Of a stretch of DNA of 64,000 nucleotides, positions 11,385 through 23,695 are shown piece by piece. Source of the stretch: Malacoraja senta (lineage: Eukaryota); the NCBI GenBank assembly GCA_038087875.1, contig CM075996.1, positions 2,234,001 to 2,298,000 on the forward strand, given 5' to 3'. The position numbers and the translations under genes are program-made. Each line of letters starts with the position of its first letter. The stretch's first letter is position 1. Below the pieces are notes generated by a model that saw nothing but the letters and a program-made list of their open reading frames with translations, was not told the origin of the DNA and ran no database searches.

Positions 11385-11780
11385 CCTACCCACCAACGAC
11401 TCCATCTGCACTCCACCGTGCCTCGGGAAAGCAGGCAACATCATCAAGGACCACTCAGTCCCATTTCCCCCCATCCCCCACACTCCGAACATACAAAATC
11501 TTGAAAGTATGTCCCACAGATTCAGGAACTGCTGTTATCAGGCTACTGAATGTCCTGCCGTAAAATAAGGGTCTAGTCCTGATCTTCCAACCTACCTCAT
11601 TGCAGACCTTGCATCTTTCCTCTGTAACTAAATCACTGCAACGATGTTACACTATGTACTCTTGTGTTTTTTTATCTTTGCACTGTGCATGGCTTGATTG
11701 TACTCATGTATAGCATGAGTTGATTGGATAGCATTTCACTATATCTCCATACACGTGACAATATTAAACCAAACCAATAC
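11385..11780 (+). mobile_element. Rex1-like LINE 3' fragment
   Basis: DSICTPPCLGKAGNIIKDHS..HRFRN; 3' end CACGTGACAATATTAAACC. Confidence 0.7.
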
Positions 11781-11869
11781 CACTTTCAGATAACCAGGCT
11801 TTCCAGTTTGTGTCAGACTGGTTGGTTCTGGTGACTGAGCTGTGAAAGCAGGGCACGTTCGAATGGCTC

Positions 11870-12388
11870 CATGTTATAGGAAAGATGTTATCAAGCTGGA
11901 AAGGGTTCAGAGAAGATTTACGAGGATGTTGCCAGGACCAGAGGGTGTGAGCTCTAGGGAGTGATTGAGTAGGCTGGGTCTCTATTCCTTGGAGCGCAGG
12001 AGGATGAGGGGTGATCTTATAGAGGTGTACAAAATCAAGAGAGGAATAAATTGGGTAGATGCACAGAATCTCTTGCCCAGAGTAGGGAATCGAGGACCAG
12101 AGGACATAGGTTCAAGGTGAAGGGGAAAAGATTTAATAGGAATATGGTAGGTACAATTTTGCACACAAAGGGTGTGGGTGTACGGAGCAAGCTGCCAGAG
12201 GAGGTAATTGAAGATGGGACTATCCCAACTTTTAAGAAACAGTTAGACATGTACATGGATAGGACAAGTTTGGAGGAATATGGACCAAACGCAGGCAGGT
12301 GGGACTAGTGCAGCTGGGACATATTGGCCAGTGGGCACAAGTTGGGCTGAAGGGCCTGTTTCCATGCTGTATCACTCTATGACTCTAT
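11870..12388 (+). mobile_element. CR1/HER1 3' fragment
   Basis: KLERVQRRFTRMLPG...RGDLIEVYKI...SRTRGHRFKVKGKRFNRN; tail CACTCTATGACTCTATG. Confidence 0.92.
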
Positions 12389-12909
12389 GGCTGGGGAGGG
12401 CAAGGTGTTGGTTGGGAGGTCATTGTCCTCGGAGGTTTATATAATTTATATAATGATATATGGGCACACTGATCTTTGTAGTCAATGCCTTCTATGTTCT
12501 GTTGTGCTGAAGCAAAGCAAGAATTTCATTGTCCTATCAGGGATACATGACAATAAACCCTCACTTGAACTTGAGGTTAGCTCCGTTTCTCTCTGTGCAG
12601 GTGCTGCCTGGCCTGCTGAAATTTTCAAGCATTTCTGCTTTTGTTTCAGATTTCAGGCAGCTGCAGATGTTTTGTGAGGGAACTCGGAGCTGAAGCTGGC
12701 TGTCCTGCTTGCCTTTCTGCCACCGTCCTTTATTTCAGATTTTCTGCAACTGCTGTATTCTGCTTCTCATAGTTCCAGCAGATATATGTTAATAAAACAC
12801 TCAGCAAAGCAGGCAGTATCCATGGAGAGACAAATAGAGTTAATGTTTCAGATCAATGACCTTTCTTCCAGCTTCCTCAAAAAATGGATTGATAATACTA
12901 AATGTATTT

Positions 12910-13205
12910 AAGGACAGTTTCTTCCCAGCTGTTATCAGGCAACTAAACACTCCTCTCAGCAGATAGGGTGCCGTCCTGACATCCCATCTACCTCACTGAG
13001 GACCCTCAAACTATCTTTAATCTGACTTTATTGGACTTTATCTTGCACCAAACGCTGTACCCTTTATCCTGTATCTGTACACTGCGGACGGCTTGATTGT
13101 AATCATGTCTGGTCTTTTCGCTGACTGGATAGCACGTAATGAAACGCTTTTTACTGTACCTCGGTACATGTGACAATAATAAAGCAAACAAAACTAAAAC
13201 AAACT
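12910..13205 (+). mobile_element. Rex1-like 3' end
   Basis: DSFFPAVIRQLN remnant, then the same 3' UTR as 5520-5745. Confidence 0.8.
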
Positions 13206-13884
13206 AATCTATTGCACCATCCACAGCGACTGAGGTTAGAGTGAGCCCAGGTTTACTTGTCGCAGTTGACACCAGGGGAGCCACGAGATGAAAATGAAGT
13301 TAATGGAGATAAACGCAGGACCTTACAGCTGACATCAACTTTCAGTTCACACATGGTTAAGAATACCTAAGTGTGGGCAGTTGGATCAGTGACCAGCATT
13401 TCACGGCAATCTCTGGATGTACTTGATGGAATTTGTTGCCTTTTGTTTTGATTTCCGTTTATATAAAAATAAAAACTAGGGAGTTTCAGCGATGTTTCAA
13501 AAGAAATTAAATTCAGGGAAGCTGATTTCTAAAAATTTGATCTTCAGCTTTAAAAATAGAGGTGAGGTTGATTCACCAGATAGTTTCCATTGTAGTGTAA
13601 CACATTTACAATAACTTCCCAAAATAATATGTAATTCATAATAGTCATCCCCATGGTGGTTAGATAAAGTTGACAAAACAAAATGTTACAGAGCTTGGAA
13701 ATCTGAAATACAAACAGCATTTTCTGTTTCATATTACTTAGACATGACTGAGTAATTCTGTATCTATGCCAGGCACCAACTCTAACCCACTAAACAAGTT
13801 CTAATCAAAACTTATCCCCAACTGTTCCACATCAGTGGATTAGATTTCCACTTACTCTATGTCACAAAATGATTGTATATTGTC

Positions 13885-14270
13885 TATTGTCTACAGTGTA
13901 GAAGGTGGCCCATCGGCCCAACATGTACGTGCCAACCAAGATGCGCATCTAAGCTAGTCTCATTTACCTGCATTTGGCCCACAACCCACTAAACCTTTCT
14001 TATTCATGTGTCGGTGCAAATATCTTCTTCCGGGGACTGATTCCATATTTGCACCACACTCTGTTGAAAAAAGTCTTCCTGTTAAATGTTTCCATGCTCA
14101 CCTTAACCTTATGTCCTCTTGCTTCCCCAATCCTGGGAAAAAAACATGTAGATTCAACCTATCAATGTCCCTCATGATTTTATACATCTCTATAAGATCA
14201 TCCCTCAGTCTCCTATGCTCCAAGGAATATAGTGCTACCCTGCCCAACCTCTCCCTATAGCTCAGCCTCT
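13885..14270 (-). mobile_element. Diverged CR1 fragment
   Basis: CATGATTTTATACATCTCTATAAGATCATCCCTCAGTCTCCTATGCTCCAAGGAAT is the reverse complement of CR1 YSLEHRRLRDDLIEMYKIM. Confidence 0.8.
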
Positions 14271-14953
14271 TGCGCCCTCACATGCTTGTAAATTCTATTA
14301 CAGTTGTTTCTTGGCTAATTAGTTGACGTCTCTCATATTCCTCATGAGCACCTCATACTCATACACAACCCACTCTCGCCTATGTCCACCTATTACCTGT
14401 GTTGCTTTGTCTGGCCTCTTCCAGCTTTCTTCTCCCCCCGACAATCAATCTGAAGAAGGGTCTTGACCCAAAATGTCACCTATCCATGTTCTCCAGTGAT
14501 GCGGCCGGACGCACTGAGTTATTCCAGCATTCTGTGTCTTTTTTGTCACGTACATTGGGTAATGGTAAGACTAGATCTGGATCCTGTTTGCAGTATTGGT
14601 CACTTTATTGGAAGAAGTTCAGACAAGTTTATTAACTACATGGGATTGGTGGGTTGTCTAATAAGGAAAGGTTCGACAGGCTAGGAGTTAATATAGAGTT
14701 GTGGTAACTGGTAAATCTGTTCTCTTGAGAGAGAAGAGGGTTGAGAATTTTTGGAATGTTCTTACTCAAAGGAGTCTTCAGATTAATTTAATGCAGATTT
14801 TTATGAAGCGAGGGGCGGGCGGTGAGAGTGAAAAGTTGCCTGAGTTGATCAACCACCATCTTATTTAATGGCAAAACTGGCTAGAGGGGCAGACTGGCTT
14901 TCCCCTCCTCATTTGTATATTTACAAGAGAATTACTCACAGACCGGCCTCTGC

Positions 14954-15034
14954 CATTGTGGACAAGCCCATACATTGTGGACAAGCCCATTCATTGTGGA
15001 CAAGCCCATTCATTGTGGACAAGCCCATTCATTG
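14954..15034 (+). repeat. 19-bp tandem repeat, ~4.3 copies (CATTGTGGACAAGCCCATT)
   Basis: Units start at 14954, 14973, 14992, 15011; partial at 15030. Confidence 0.95.
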
Positions 15035-15419
15035 AACTGGAAATTAATTCTTGCGCTGTAAATGCAAATTACTGTTGCCTCTAGATTTGACTTTCCCAAT
15101 ACATCTCTGGCTAACTTTCCCTGTTCTTAGAAATCCTTTGAAATTCTATTGCCCGAGTCCTTACATAAGCTAAGGGTACTGTCTGATTCACCTCGACCCC
15201 ATTGTGGAAATTGGACTTTGTCTCTGGAACTGATGCGCTACAATGCTGAGAACTATACTCTGCACTGTATCTTCCTCTTTGCTCCACCTATTATACTTGG
15301 GTTTGAACTGATTGTATCTATGTATAGTATATGTGATCTGTTGGGATACCATGTAAACCAGAGCTTTTCACTGTTCCTCGGCACACGTGACAATAATAAA
15401 CCTGAGCCTCCACCTATTC

Positions 15420-16010
15420 CCCTAGACCCCTTCCACTCAAATCCTTCCCTCTGGCTTTACATTTCTCTCATTATCTGACAACCTTTTGTCTCCATTTCAT
15501 CTCTAGCCTCTGTCCATCCGTTTGTCAACCAACCTCCCCCTAACGTGTAAACTGTCACCTGTCAGGCTTTGTCCTGCCCCCACCTCTCTTTTCCAGCTTT
15601 CTCCCCACTCCCCAAATCAGCCTGAAGAAGGGTCCTGACCCAAAACGTCACCTGTCCCATTTCCCTCCACAGATGCTGCCTGGCCCATTAGGTTCCCCCT
15701 TGCTCAAGATTCAAGCTTCTGTTGTTCCTTGTGTCTCCATCAAATTACTAACTTATTTTAGACGATTGATAAAAAAGCTTGTGGAGTCAACCCTCCCCCC
15801 TTTCTCCCCCCCTCCCCCCCCCCCCACCAGAGACAAAGGAGTGGGGGGGGAGAAGGTGTTGATGAGGGGAGAGGGTGGCGGGATGTTGTTGCAGGCACCT
15901 TGCTTCTTCCAAGAGATGGACACAAAGTGCTGAAGTAACTCGGCGGGTCAGGCAGCATCTCTGGAAAACATGGATAGGAGATGTTTGGGGTTGGGACCCT
16001 TCCTCACACT
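15420..16010. mobile_element. Penelope 3' UTR/pLTR (+) followed by an inverse pLTR fragment
   Basis: C/T-rich UTR ending CTGAAGAAGGGTCCTGACCCAAAACGTCACC; inverse copy at ~15915-16010. Confidence 0.7.
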
Positions 16011-16534
16011 GAAGGTAGTGGGTGCGGAGAGCGGGTGGGAGCCAGATAAAGAGCTGGAGGAAGAAGCAGTTCCCAGGACTGTTCCTTACTCCGCGACAGG
16101 CAGCCCACAGGTGTGTGGAGAACAATGCCATGGGTCGCGTCATCCACAAACAGGAACTCTGCGGGACTGTTGAGAGTGGCTCAGACTGCCTCCTGTTGTT
16201 TATTCTACTCAGGAATGGAGGAGTGGGGGTTAGGACGCTTTAAAAAGTTGCAGCCACCTCACCATCATCTGCTCCCCCCCCCCCTCCTTCGGACATTCCC
16301 GACATCTCACACGTCCTGAAGCATAATATCCTGTTTGCATCCTGCTTTTTCGTGGTTGCTGATCTCTTGAATTGATCTCGCTCGCAGTGCTTCATACACG
16401 TTGCACTGAACCCCATCCCTTCCCACCCGGTCCTAGACAGTCGCTTTGAACTCTGTTCCTTGCACCTGGGTCAGCCGAGGCCCCATCCACGGCCTCAGTC
16501 AACAGACAGCAACGTGAGTGTCTGCAGCACCACA

Positions 16535-16820
16535 TTTAGTTTTGTTCAGAGATACAGCATGGAAACAGGCCCTTCGGTCCACCGAGTCCACGCCGACCAT
16601 TGATCACCCATTCACACTAGTTCTATGTTATCCCACTCTCTCATCCACTCCCTACACATTAGGGGCTTTTTTTTTACAGAGGCCAATTAATCTACATCTT
16701 TGGGATGTGGAAGGAAACCAGAGCACCCGGCGGAAACCCACCCGCAAGGAGAACGTGCAAACTCCGCACTTGAGGTCAGGATCGAACCCGGGTCTCTGGC
16801 GGGTGAGGCAGCAGCTCCAC
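16535..16820 (-). mobile_element. HE1-like V-SINE
   Basis: Full reverse-complement head, V-domain and tail. Confidence 0.9.
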
Positions 16821-17034
16821 CCGCTGCGCCACCGTGCCCACCTGAATTTCCAGTCCAATGAATCAGAAACACCCCAATCTGTCCCTTTCTTCACATCTCT
16901 TTTGAGTTTTTTAATACATTTATTTATCCAGATGTTATGGACAATCTCTACTTCCTTGGACCCACCTGCTTGAACCGCTGTGGTCCTTTTCATGAAGTCG
17001 CTCTCACAGTGCTATTGGGAAGATAATTCCAAGG

Positions 17035-17320
17035 ACGGCACAGTGGTGCAGCAGTTAGTGCTGCTGCCTCACAGCTATAATGATACAAGTTCGATCCTGA
17101 CCTCAAGTGCTCTCTGTGTGGAGTTTGCACGTTCTCCGGGTGCTCCGGTTTCCTCTCACATCCCAAAGAAGTACGGGTTTGTAGGTTAATTGGCCTCTGT
17201 AAATTGCCCCTAGTGTGTAGGGAGTGGATGTAAGTGGGATAACATAGAACTGGTGTGAATGAGTGATCAATAGCTGGTGTGGACTCAGTGGGCAGAAGGG
17301 CCCGTTTCTATGCTGTATAA
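17035..17320 (+). mobile_element. HE1-like V-SINE
   Basis: GGCACAGTGGTGCAGCAGTTAG A-box-like, GTTCGATCC B-box, TGTGTGGAGTTTGCACGTTCTCC V-domain. Confidence 0.9.
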
Positions 17321-17334
17321 TTCGGTCAATCAAT

Positions 17335-17660
17335 CATTCAAAGTCCTGAGTGTTCAGGACCAGGGATCACAGTGTGAGGATCAGAGTCAGCCATTTAAAA
17401 CTGAGATGATGATAACTATCTCCTCCCAAAGGATGGTGAACCTGTAGAATTCACTACCACAGAAAGCTGCTGAAGCCAAATCATTAAATATATTCAGGAA
17501 GGAATTCAATATTGATTTTGGGACTAGTGGAATGAAGAGATATGGGGAGAAAGCAGGAACGTGGGGATTGAGTTCAGATGGGCAGCTAGGATGAGTAATG
17601 TGGTGGAGCGGGATAGAAAGGCTGAATGGCCTATCTCTGCTCCTAACTTCTATATTTAAG
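17335..17660 (+). mobile_element. Diverged CR1 3' fragment
   Basis: CAGGACCAGGGATCACAG...GGTGAACCTGTAGAATTCACTACCACAGAAAGC...TATGGGGAGAAAGCAGGAAC. Confidence 0.75.
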
Positions 17661-18422
17661 ATTATGACCAGTCTTCCTTCCTGGAGCAGATGGGCTTCCT
17701 TTAGACCACTGTTGGGTCTTGATCACTCTTGGTTCAGGCCCACCATTGCTCGGCCTCAATTGCCTGCAGTTGGATCCTTTCCGGGTCTTGATTGGATTTA
17801 ATTTGTGGCTCTTGTTGGGCTTGGTTTGGGCCATGAATATGCCTTACTCTGGTCTACTCCCGGCCTCTTCTCTCCCTCCTCCCAGGCAGGAGGGGGCAGC
17901 AGCACTTGGTGACTGGCCTGGCGTCCACAGGTGCCTTTAAGTATCTGCATTGTAGCCTGGGAACCAGTTGCTTCCCAACGGGGGTTGAAGGGTGCGTGGC
18001 GTGGGAGCAGAGAGACCTATGGACCAAAATAATTTATAAAGGGAAACTAACTCAAGAAAGACCTTCATTGAGGCTCCTGCACAGAGTCTGGCAAATGTTA
18101 CATTTCCTATTGCTTTTAATTTTTTTCAAGGCTTATTTTTGGCAGGGATGGGATGGAATGTTCTAGTTAGGGTTTGAAGGTCTCTGGTGTCTTTGCCAGT
18201 GGCCACTCCTCCATTCAAGTCTCACTCGCTGTGAATATGAGAGTGAATTTGTCCACAAAATACCTGGTAACAAACTGAGGGATAACATTTCTTGTTGGAT
18301 CAATAAACATCGACATGTGGAAGATTTCCATGCTCAACAGATTGTTTTCAAAACAGTGTAACCATAAACCTTTTGTTATGGAGACACTCGCTCTTGCCTG
18401 GAAAGATCTCTGAATGTAGGCA

Positions 18423-18600
18423 TAAGGAACTTCAGATGCTGGAATCTTACGTAGAACACAAAGTGCTGGAGGAACTCAGCGGGTCGGGCAACGTCTGTGG
18501 AGGATGTGGATAGGCTACGTTTTGGGTTAACCAAAACATCGCCTATTCATTCCCTCCACAGATGCTGCCTGACCCGCTGAGTTCCTCCAGCACTCTGTGT
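18423..18600. mobile_element. Fold-back Penelope pLTR pair
   Basis: ACACAAAGTGCTGGAGGAACTCAGCGGGTC...TTTTGGG TTAA CCAAAAC...GACCCGCTGAGTTCCTCCAGCACTCTGTGT. Confidence 0.8.
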
Positions 18601-19069
18601 TCTCCCTCAGTGAAGAGAAGGTGGAGGTTACAGAATCAGTTTCAACAGAGGGATAATATTGAAGAGATTCTCTGCCGCCTTGAACCATCTTGTTAATGGA
18701 TTTTCTCCCCAAGTGCTACGGAAGATACTGTAAGTGCAGCACACACAGAAAGTGCAGCACACACACAGGAATCGTCTTTCGAACAGGCAGTTAACAAGGC
18801 TGCTGTTCATTGTTGGGTGATCATTGGAAATTATTTTGGAGAGGAGCAAACTATCCTGATTCCTCACCCCTCACCAAAACAGCTCTTCTGCCCATCATTA
18901 CCTGGTTATCAATGCACTGGAAAAAACCATCAGGACAGGCAGCATCTGTGGAAGGGGTACCAGAGGCAATGTTTCAAGTTGCAGACCCTACATGAGATTT
19001 CTAGCATCAGCAGTGTATGGACTTGTCCTTCAGAGATTAACCATTTTACTTCGGAGTCACGTGAGTGAC

Positions 19070-19104
19070 TACGTGAAGAAGCCCGTCAGTGCGCCTGCGC
19101 GTCA
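19070..19104 (+). repeat. DIRS left ITR core (35 bp)
   Basis: Exact reverse complement of 23696-23730. Confidence 0.95.
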
Positions 19105-19230
19105 TTACGTCAGACGCCTTGACGCAAACGGACGTGAGGAGCAGTGCTCCTCGAGTGGTTTGTAGTTTTCCAACTACAAGGTAAGTAAAAACTTTTTTAC
19201 AGGTTTTCCAGGTCCGTTTACTGTGGGTCT

Positions 19231-20450
19231 ATGGCGATTTTTTCCACAGACGCCATGGGAAAAAACGGACAGGGGGAAGAGGCGAGCGACATAGCCGACA
19301 GAAGTCGGGAAAGTCGGGAGTCCGCGGTTAGAGACCAACCGCCTCTAAACCCCGGTACAGTCGCCAGCGGTGAGCATAGCGACTGTGGACCTGGGGCTGG
19401 TGAAAACACAGTCAGTGCCTGTCGGGCAAAAGACAAAGTTTAAATCCCAACGGAGGGAGTCCCAGGCAATGAAGAAGCTCCAGGGCTAGATACTGCTTTA
19501 GAGCGTATTGCCCAAATAGAAAGCCTTTTACACAGGCTGTTGGAGCAACGTTCACTCAGTGAGGAGTGTTCTGAAAGCCAAGCTGCTGGAAACAGCTCAA
19601 ACAGCTCCTGGTACAGGGCTAGATACTGCTTTCGAGCGTATTGCCCAAATAGAAACCTTTTTCACAGGTTGTTGGAGCAAAAGTTCACTCAGGAAGGAGT
19701 GTACTGTAATCCAAGCTGCAGGAGCAGCTTAACAGCACCTGGCTCAGGGCTGATGGAATGCACCCTCAGGAATGAGGAGCGTGCTACGGGTCATGAGATT
19801 TCAGACCCCGACTCTGACGGTGAGGCTGTACAAGGCGATGAAAGGCAGCTGCCAGATGTTCCAACCCTGGTAGTAGGATTCGCTGCCCCGTCAGGGTCAG
19901 GAGAGCCATTAGGAAGAACTGGCCTCCTTAATAAATTACTTGGTTTACCATTAGCTGGAACAGCATGAAATGGATGAGACTGCAAGAGTATCTGGAATCA
20001 GTTGCAGAGAATATTAAAGCTGCTGGGTTCTGGAATAACTGCTTTTACCAGAATAGCAGGTAACAACCAAAAGATGACGAAGTTGCATCAGCAAGCACTG
20101 GGGTTGCTATGCAGCACCCACTTTGAGAAGTGCTATACGGTCTACTATGAATCCGAAATTCGCAGCACTCTGCAAACCAAGTAAGATACAAATTACCCAA
20201 CTTACTCTTTGGAGAGATCTCGGGAGACGTATTAAAGAGTTGGAAGATGAAGCGAAAACAGGATTGATGAAGACATCAATGGTTGTGAAGTCTGTAAAGA
20301 GGAAGTATCCTTTCAGACGTCATACGGATCCTGGACCAAGTCGCTCATCAACGCAAGGACGTAGTTGGCGGCCTGCAGCGGGAGCAAGAACCAGTGGGCA
20401 TGCTTCCGGGAGAACCCAGGAATCTCAGGGTACTGAAATGACTCAAGAGG
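19231..20450 (+). pseudogene. DIRS ORF1 (gag-like), frameshifted
   Basis: Broken frames upstream of RT, with LQRILKLLGSGITAF and MRSAIRSTMNPKFAALCK..LWRDLGRRIKEL segments typical of DIRS ORF1; end approximate. Confidence 0.65.
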
Positions 20451-20489
20451 TAGGTGGACCTGGTTCTCATGGGAACATACTAACTGGAT

Positions 20490-21930
20490 TAAGTCCAAAA
20501 GTTGGAGGCAGGTTACATTTCTTCTATAATAATTGGAAGAAAATTACTTCAGATGTGGTAATCCTGAATAATATACAAGGATTTCGAATTGAATTCAATC
20601 CAAATTATGATTTGCCTATTCAGCATGTTCCTAGCCGAACTCTGCACTTTGTACAAAAAGAAGTGATGGAGGTTCAGGTTGCAATTGAAACCCTATATAA
20701 AAAAAGGGGTTATTGAAAAATCAGTCTACCAAAGTCACCAATTTGTGTCAAAAATATTCCCTCGATCAAAAAAGGATGGAGGATGTAGGATTCTTGTAGA
20801 TTTGATAAATCTGAATCCTTTTGTGCAATTTAGACATTTTAAAATGGAAACATTTGTGACTGCCAAACAGCTTATTTCAGAAGCATGTTATATGGCAACT
20901 ATAGACTTGAAAGATGCATATTATTCAGTGTCTGTTCATTCAGAAGATAGGAAGTATCTTAAATTTAAATGGATGAACCAGTTGTGGCAGTTCAAAGCTC
21001 TGCCTAATGGGTTAATATCTGCACTCAGAATATTCACAAAAATTGTTAAAACCAATTCTGGGCTTGCTGAGTAGCTAGGGGCATGTACTAATGGCATATT
21101 TGGATGATGTCTTGATTATAGGAAAGACAAAACAGTCAACAGAAGTATCTGTTGCAGTTGTGAAATCAACTTTTGAAAAGTTGGGGTTTCTAATTCATCC
21201 ACAGAAATCTAGGTTAACACCATGTACCTCTTTTAATTATTTGGGGTTCACAATTGATTCAGTCCAAATGAATATCACTTTGCCCAGGGAAAAGGGTGGA
21301 TTTGATTAAAGATTGCAGTAATCTCATAAACGAGCAAAAACCTTCAATTAAACAGGTGGCTCGTGTACTGGGAAAATTAGTAGCAGCATTCCCAGCAGTC
21401 CAATTTGGACCATTACATTATCAACAGCTGCAGAGACTTAAAGAACAGGCACCGAGAATGCATGTTGGTCATTTTGATAGAACCATGCAACTAACAACAA
21501 ATGCTGTTTCTGGTCTGCAGTAGTGGATTCTACATGTCTCAAGCAGTTCCAGCAAAGTGCTGATTGAACAACCTTCCATGATATTACAAACTGACTTAAC
21601 GTCTAGCTGAGGAGGCAGATGGAATCAGGAAGAGTCATTGTTACTGCAGACATGGGGAATTAACTATTTGGAGCTTCTAGGATGTTTCTATGGGCTCCAA
21701 GCTTATTGTTCTAACACAACTAATAAGCATGTTCAACTTCAAATTGATAACACAACAGTAGTTGTTTATATTAATGATATGGAATTAAGTCGGTGTCTTG
21801 TGACAAAATGTTTAATCAACTTTGGGCTTGGTGTATTGAAAAGAACATTTGGATTTCAGCTATCTATCTACCAGGTAGAATGAACGATAGCAGACACCAA
21901 GTCACGAAAAGTTCCATGATAATAAAGAAT
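20490..21930 (+). pseudogene. DIRS reverse transcriptase + RNase H, several frameshifts and stops
   Basis: VGGRLHFFYNNWKKIT, KKDGGCRILVDL, DLKDAY, LPNGL, YLDD (21097-21108), YLGF; RNase H INYLELL and QIDNTTVVVYIN. Confidence 0.93.
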
Positions 21931-21932
21931 GG

Positions 21933-22313
21933 ATGTTGAATCAAGAGGTATTCAATGATATAGTCATCAGATTTGGAATGACCGACATCGACTTGAATCA
22001 TCAGCTATCGAGATATGTCTCATGGAAACCAGATCCAGGAGCAGTGGCGATTGATGCTTTCTCGCTACATTGGGGTGGTATGTTTTCATATATATTTCCA
22101 CCTTTCTGCCTCATAAGCCAATGTTTGCTTAAAATCAGGCAAGATGCTGCTTCAAGGGTATTGGTAGTACCAGATTGGCCTACACAGCCATGGTATCCGT
22201 TGATATTAGAATTAACAACACAAATGTTGATGAAAGTCCCAAAAAAGAGTAATTTATTGCTGCTCCCTGTACAGGGGAACAACATCCATTATATGATCGT
22301 TTGGATTTGTTGA
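21933..22313 (+). pseudogene. DIRS Dam-like N6-adenine methyltransferase domain
   Basis: DIDL..YVSWKPDPGAVAIDAFSLHW..YIFPPFCLI..LVVPDWPTQPWYP. Confidence 0.85.
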
Positions 22314-22329
22314 TTTGCAGGTTTTAAGA

Positions 22330-23290
22330 ATGCCTTTTCTGGGACGAGGACTGTCTGAGCATACTGTGGACATGCTTACGGCAGCCTGGAGGAAGAGCAC
22401 TCAAAAACAGTACCTTTCTTATATTAAGAAATGGGAAAAGTTCTGGGTACAAAAGAATGTGCAATAAAGTACTGCAGATATTTCAAATGTTTAGAATTTC
22501 TGTCAAAACTTTATTATGATGAAGGTCTGAGTTATAGTGTAATTAATTCAGCCAGAAGTGCATTGTCCTCATATTTGGTTCTGGATTCAGAAAGAAACTC
22601 AATTGGGTCACACCCAATTGTTCCCAGACTAATGAAAGGAATCTTTAATTCCAAACCACCGAAACCTAGGTACGTGACAATCTGGGATGTAAGTGTGGTA
22701 CTGAAACTACTTCGTGATGGTTATCAAGTGTCTTTACCTTTGGTCAAGCTCAGTATGAAAGTATTCATGTTTATGGCATGAGTGACAGCACAATGAGTGC
22801 AAACACTTGGAAAATTACAAATAGATAGTATGGAAGTAACTGAAGACAAGGTTACATTCTATATCTATGACCTAATAAAGCAAATTAGGCCAGGTGTGAC
22901 AGGATTTAAAATTATGCTGGCAGCATATCCAAATGATCCATGTCTTTGTATTAAGACATATTTATTACAATACATTGAGGTCACAAAGAATTTGAGAATA
23001 CGGAAACTGGGTTTTTGATCACACACAAGAAACCACACAAGAGAGTTTCAATACAGACTATTTCCAGATGGATAAAAGAAGTCTTAACAGCTGCTGGTAT
23101 TAACACTTATGTTTTTACGTCTCACTCGACTAGGGCAGCAGAAATGTCGGCGGCCAGGGCAAAAGACGGCCCCGTCGACCATATCCTCGCAGCCGCCGGG
23201 TGGTCCAATGAGTTGATGTTTCAACATTTTTACCATCGGCCTATTGTTAATGCGGGGTTGTTTGCAGAAACTATTTTAAGTTCTGTGTAA
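22330..23290 (+). pseudogene. DIRS tyrosine recombinase, disrupted
   Basis: GLSYSVINSARSALS, PRYVTIWDV, TISRWIK, HSTRAA, ILAAAGWS..FQHFY; stops at ~22779 and ~22794 plus frameshifts. Confidence 0.92.
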
Positions 23291-23458
23291 ATTCCTCTGG
23301 TTTAAAGGGGATCTGATTCATTTCATTCTTGAAATGAATTACTGCATTTGTGGTACAAATGTTATTATGAATGCATGATTGATTATTCTCGTTCCGAGTC
23401 AATCTATGCAGTGAGAAGCCGGGATTGATCCACGGCATGAAATCACAAAGCTTTAAAA

Positions 23459-23572
23459 TCTTCACGTAGTCACTCACGTGACTCCGAAGTAAAATAGTAA
23501 GATTAAACGAGAACTTACCTAAGTTTGAAGTTTGGTCTTTATTTTATGAGGAGTTACGTAGGTGATTACGTG
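23459..23572 (-). repeat. DIRS internal complementary region (ICR)
   Basis: 23459-23495 is the reverse complement of 19043-19079 (37/37); 23493-23572 is the reverse complement of 23725-23804 (79/80). Confidence 0.97.
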
Positions 23573-23695
23573 CCCGCCACGACCCTACCCTCTATCATAA
23601 AGGTCAGATGGAAGTTCTTGTATTACTCGTTTTAGTATGAGACTATATTACTTCGGTTCTTGTTTTTTGTGATTTCACACCGCTGCTTTGAAGAT

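Noticed and set aside
14954..15034. CRISPR-like array
   Set aside because: Units are head to tail with no spacers; eukaryotic context and no cas genes
17035..17105. tRNA genes
   Set aside because: A/B-box-like sequences are SINE heads that continue into the V-domain; no full cloverleaf
19181..19211. Mini-intron between GTAAGT and nearby TTTTACAG/TTTCCAG
   Set aside because: 22-31 nt is too short for a vertebrate spliceosomal intron
21933..23290. Bacterial or phage contamination (methylase plus integrase)
   Set aside because: Both domains are normal DIRS components, enclosed by ITR/ICR and flanked by vertebrate repeats
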